NCBI RefSeq assembly: GCF_006345805.1
Contig: NW_021836688.1
Span: forward strand, 1-22,811
From: Octopus sinensis
Taxonomy: Eukaryota
DNA length: 22,811 nucleotides
Reading direction: 5' to 3'
In this document: in pieces, positions 19,869-22,811 of the stretch
Layout of the letters: each line of letters opens with the position of its first letter
How positions within the stretch are numbered: the stretch's first letter is position 1
The notes under the pieces: model-generated
The model's database searches: none
The model's input: the letters and a program-made list of their open reading frames with translations, nothing else
What the model was told of the DNA's origin: nothing
Translations under genes and position numbers: made by a program

Positions 19869-20618
19869 ATAGCATGTAAATATTATAATAGAAAAATTCA
19901 GTGTGAACAGTCTAGAGAAAAAGAAAATAGAATTCAATTAAAAGGGGCAGAAAAAAACTAGTTTCATATTAGATTTGTTGTTTATGTATGAAAAAAAAAA
20001 TGTATTTAAATGTTATTTGGAGAGAACGGAAGGAAATGCTAGTGTCTAAAGGACTTAAAATCAATTCAATTTGTTAAAATACATTCTAACTAAAAGTATG
20101 TTGTGCACAGCAATTAGCTTTAGTTCTGTTAAGCTCGTTTAGCTTAGATACTTTGGCTGGTTGTTGAACAGCGAGAATAAAACTTAAAGGATCTCAGATT
20201 TAGACAGAAAGAAGTCTCGTAAATCTTGATATTATCCAAGTGGATTTTAAGAAAGTAGTTGGATATCGGCTTAGGTGGATTCGGGACGGGTGTAAATTAT
20301 AAAATAAAAAAAAGGGTAAAAATGATAATGATGTTCTGGTTTTGAAAAATAATTTGGAAAATTGTTATTTTATGGTACTTTTCGATTGATATTAAATTCA
20401 ATTGTGTGTCGTTAATGGAATTAGGTCTCTCAAACTATTGAATGAATGAAAGAATTCGAAGAAGGAAATAGGGAAGATGAAACAGAGACAGATGAAGAGG
20501 GGGAGGTGTGAGTGAAATCGAAATTAAAAGCGGGGAAATATTAGAAAAATTAAATAAGGGGAAAAGTAGAAGATAACACATGCATACATATATGCATAAT
20601 ATATATACATATATATAT

Positions 20619-20701
<83 letters not shown>

Positions 20702-21442
20702 CATACATTTATATACATATAATACATATATACATGTATATTAAATAAATGTACATGTACGCACATACCATAGACACACAAAAACACGTATATATACACA
20801 CAGATAATAATACGAGAAAGAGAAATTGACTAATAGACACACTGGTAACTAAGCAGATAGTTTATATAGTCATATGGATAGACGGATAGATACATATTGG
20901 GATACAACTGACCAAAAAGCAAACAAATGCGATAACATCACACCACTCCTCCTCTCCTTTGTGATCATTTCTCCTTGTATGTGTGTAGCATTCTATTACT
21001 CATTGCTTGTCACCAAGCTACATATATTCACCCATCCTACGCCTCTTATTTAACCCTCTCTTTATCTCTATTTTACTCTCATTCCCTCTCTTTCTCCCTT
21101 TCTCTACATGATGTAAAACGTGAGTGGAAAAATTAACCGACATAAATGTCGGCTATTATATACTCAATCGAGAATGCTACCCGTAATATAACGGGTAACT
21201 TTGGAAATACAGGTTTAACACCATGAGCAATAACAGGACATATGGTATACATAAATAATTATTACTTAACTCTTATAAAATTCTCTGGTGTTTATGTAAA
21301 ATGATGAAAAAGAAATTTTAAATTTCAAACGAAAAATACCAACTTAAAATAAACAAAGCCAGTATCTATGGCTAGTTTCAAAGTTCCGGCTACGTCTGCT
21401 TGACGACACACAACATGTCAAAACACCGGTGTCCCAGAATAC

Positions 21443-21537
21443 CGTGCGTCAAGAAGCCGAGTGTGTTGAACAGACTGATGTCTAAATGGAAGAAGACATA
21501 CACTACAACGCCCAGCATATTTGGCATCTGAACCTGC
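21443..21537 (-). CDS. Candidate internal coding exon (95 nt, phase 0 in, phase 2 out) of the same host gene
   Basis: Acceptor TTCTTAACACGTTTAG (AG 21539-21538), donor CG/GTATTC (GT 21442-21441); locally GC-richer than flanks; AGSDAKYAGRCSVCLLPFRHQSVQHTRLLDA+cg; phase matches the 6693 exon. Confidence 0.55.
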
Positions 21538-22032
21538 CTAAACGTGTTAAGAATAAACATGAAGATATTTATTAAGTAAAACATATTTCTCATTTGTATA
21601 TTTGTATAATAAATATGTACTATTATTTTTCCAAATTATTTTGAAATTATGTTGACGTAATAGCACTCTGCATACACAGTATTCTCAAAGCAGCGCTGCT
21701 TGTGATCAAATCTGAACCGCTTATGTTAACTCACATTGTATCGCTCTTGTACTCTTTCTCATTCCCTCTCTCTAAACGATCAGAGAAATCAATCCTTCAA
21801 CCAACCAACCAACCAACTTTTATATCGGTTATTATAGTAATTAAATACCTGATGAGTAGAATGGGCCTTAATAATTTACTAACACGGATGCATGTAGAAA
21901 TATAGCTTTATCGGAGAATATAAGGGGTAATTTTTGGTCAGCAATAAATACATGTGCCCACCAGAGATGGCTGATATGTAAAATAACATGGCCATTATTT
22001 ACTGTTATGAGAAGTGAGAAAATGTCACATAC

Positions 22033-22044
22033 GGTTTGTGTGTT
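22033..22044 (-). CDS. Possible 12-nt microexon (AACACACAAACC; NTQT if phase 0)
   Basis: Acceptor TTGTCTTTTTTCGCAG immediately upstream and donor GTATGT immediately downstream; length is a multiple of 3. Confidence 0.25.
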
Positions 22045-22220
22045 CTGCGAAAAAAGACAATACTCAGCCACGGGGACGGGGGGCAATATTGTGAGGGATA
22101 TATCGAAAGTTACGTCCCTTGGAATATAGCTCTTGATAAAACCCTCTTTTTTTTTCTACTTCCTTTAGAAGATTGAAGGGAAATTACGAAGTGGGAGCGT
22201 TGAGTAGTGATATGCTGTCC

Positions 22221-22560
22221 GAAGGAGATTTAGTTGCTGTTTTAGCAAATCGAGCGTCGATTTTACTATTGTCTAACTCCAGAGAAGCTCTTATTGGGCG
22301 ATTTTGTCTTTTTAGGTATAATGTACCTAGGTTTACATTGATCAGTAGACATGTATCTGCATCTTTCAGAAGACAGCAGGGATATGGTTTGAGGGAGATT
22401 TGGCTACTATTTTAGTAGACCAAACGTTGTCTTTATTAGTTTTAGCGCGATAAGTTGCGATATTTTTTTTTTTTTGTTAATATAATTTAGTTCCTTTAGA
22501 AAATGGTAGGACTTGAGTGTTTGAGAGTTTGAGGGAGGTTTGACTGCAATTTTAGTAGAA
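22221..22560. repeat. Three copies of an about 30-bp motif at 22221, 22391 and 22531 (old tandem repeat, units 170 and 140 bp)
   Basis: GAAGGAGATTTAGTTGCTGTTTTAGCAAA / GAGGGAGATTTGGCTACTATTTTAGTAGA / GAGGGAGGTTTGACTGCAATTTTAGTAGA. Confidence 0.7.
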
Positions 22561-22702
22561 CGAGCAACTACGTAGCAGACCCCAATTTGTCTCGAGTGGT
22601 CTCCTGCTGATGTATATGTCTGCTCCACCCCTCCTATCTTCATGATTTCTGGAACAGATTTCGGTCATCAAATACATCACAGATCAAATTAGTAAACATA
22701 TA

Positions 22703-22803
22703 CGCGTAGGCATAGATGTGTGGTAAGAAGCTTGATTCCCAACCACAAGGGCCCGGGTTCAACCCCACTGCATGGTAACTTCGGCAAGTTTTTTCTACTA
22801 TAG
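22703..22803 (+). mobile_element. Diverged SINE family A head
   Basis: GTGTGGTAAGAAGCTTGATTCCCAACCAC..GGGTTCAACCCCACTGCATGG..GGCAAGT..TTCTACTATAGC aligns with 1-85 and 4881-4968. Confidence 0.8.
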
Positions 22804-22811
22804 CATTTCCC

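Noticed and set aside
19850-19912. Strong polypyrimidine acceptor on the minus strand (TTTTCTTTTTCTCTAG)
   Set aside because: No credible donor before running into a SINE, and no recognisable peptide.
22221-22560. CRISPR-like repeat/spacer appearance
   Set aside because: Eukaryotic context, repeats too divergent, spacers 110-140 bp and partly homologous, no cas genes.

Overview
Very AT-rich, microsatellite-dense eukaryotic DNA. The SINE families resemble those I recall from octopus/cephalopod genomes (inference, not searched). Most ORFs in the track are artefacts of (TA)n, (CA)n, (TATC)n and trinucleotide runs. The window looks mostly like intron of a minus-strand host gene: two phase-compatible candidate exons (21537-21443 and 6693-6452) join in frame across about 14.7 kb, and there is a possible 12-nt microexon at 22044-22033. 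The rest is mobile DNA: tRNA-derived SINEs, two decayed mariner transposons, foldback/MITE-like inverted repeats and a decayed Penelope-like element (PLE) GIY-YIG ORF at about 18770-19450 (-). The most notable signal is about nine type I hammerhead ribozyme (HHR) motifs or half-motifs from several sequence families. One (18046-18128, -) has an intact catalytic core and well-formed helices, and several lie within inverted duplications, as expected for PLE pseudo-LTRs or non-autonomous retrozyme-like derivatives.
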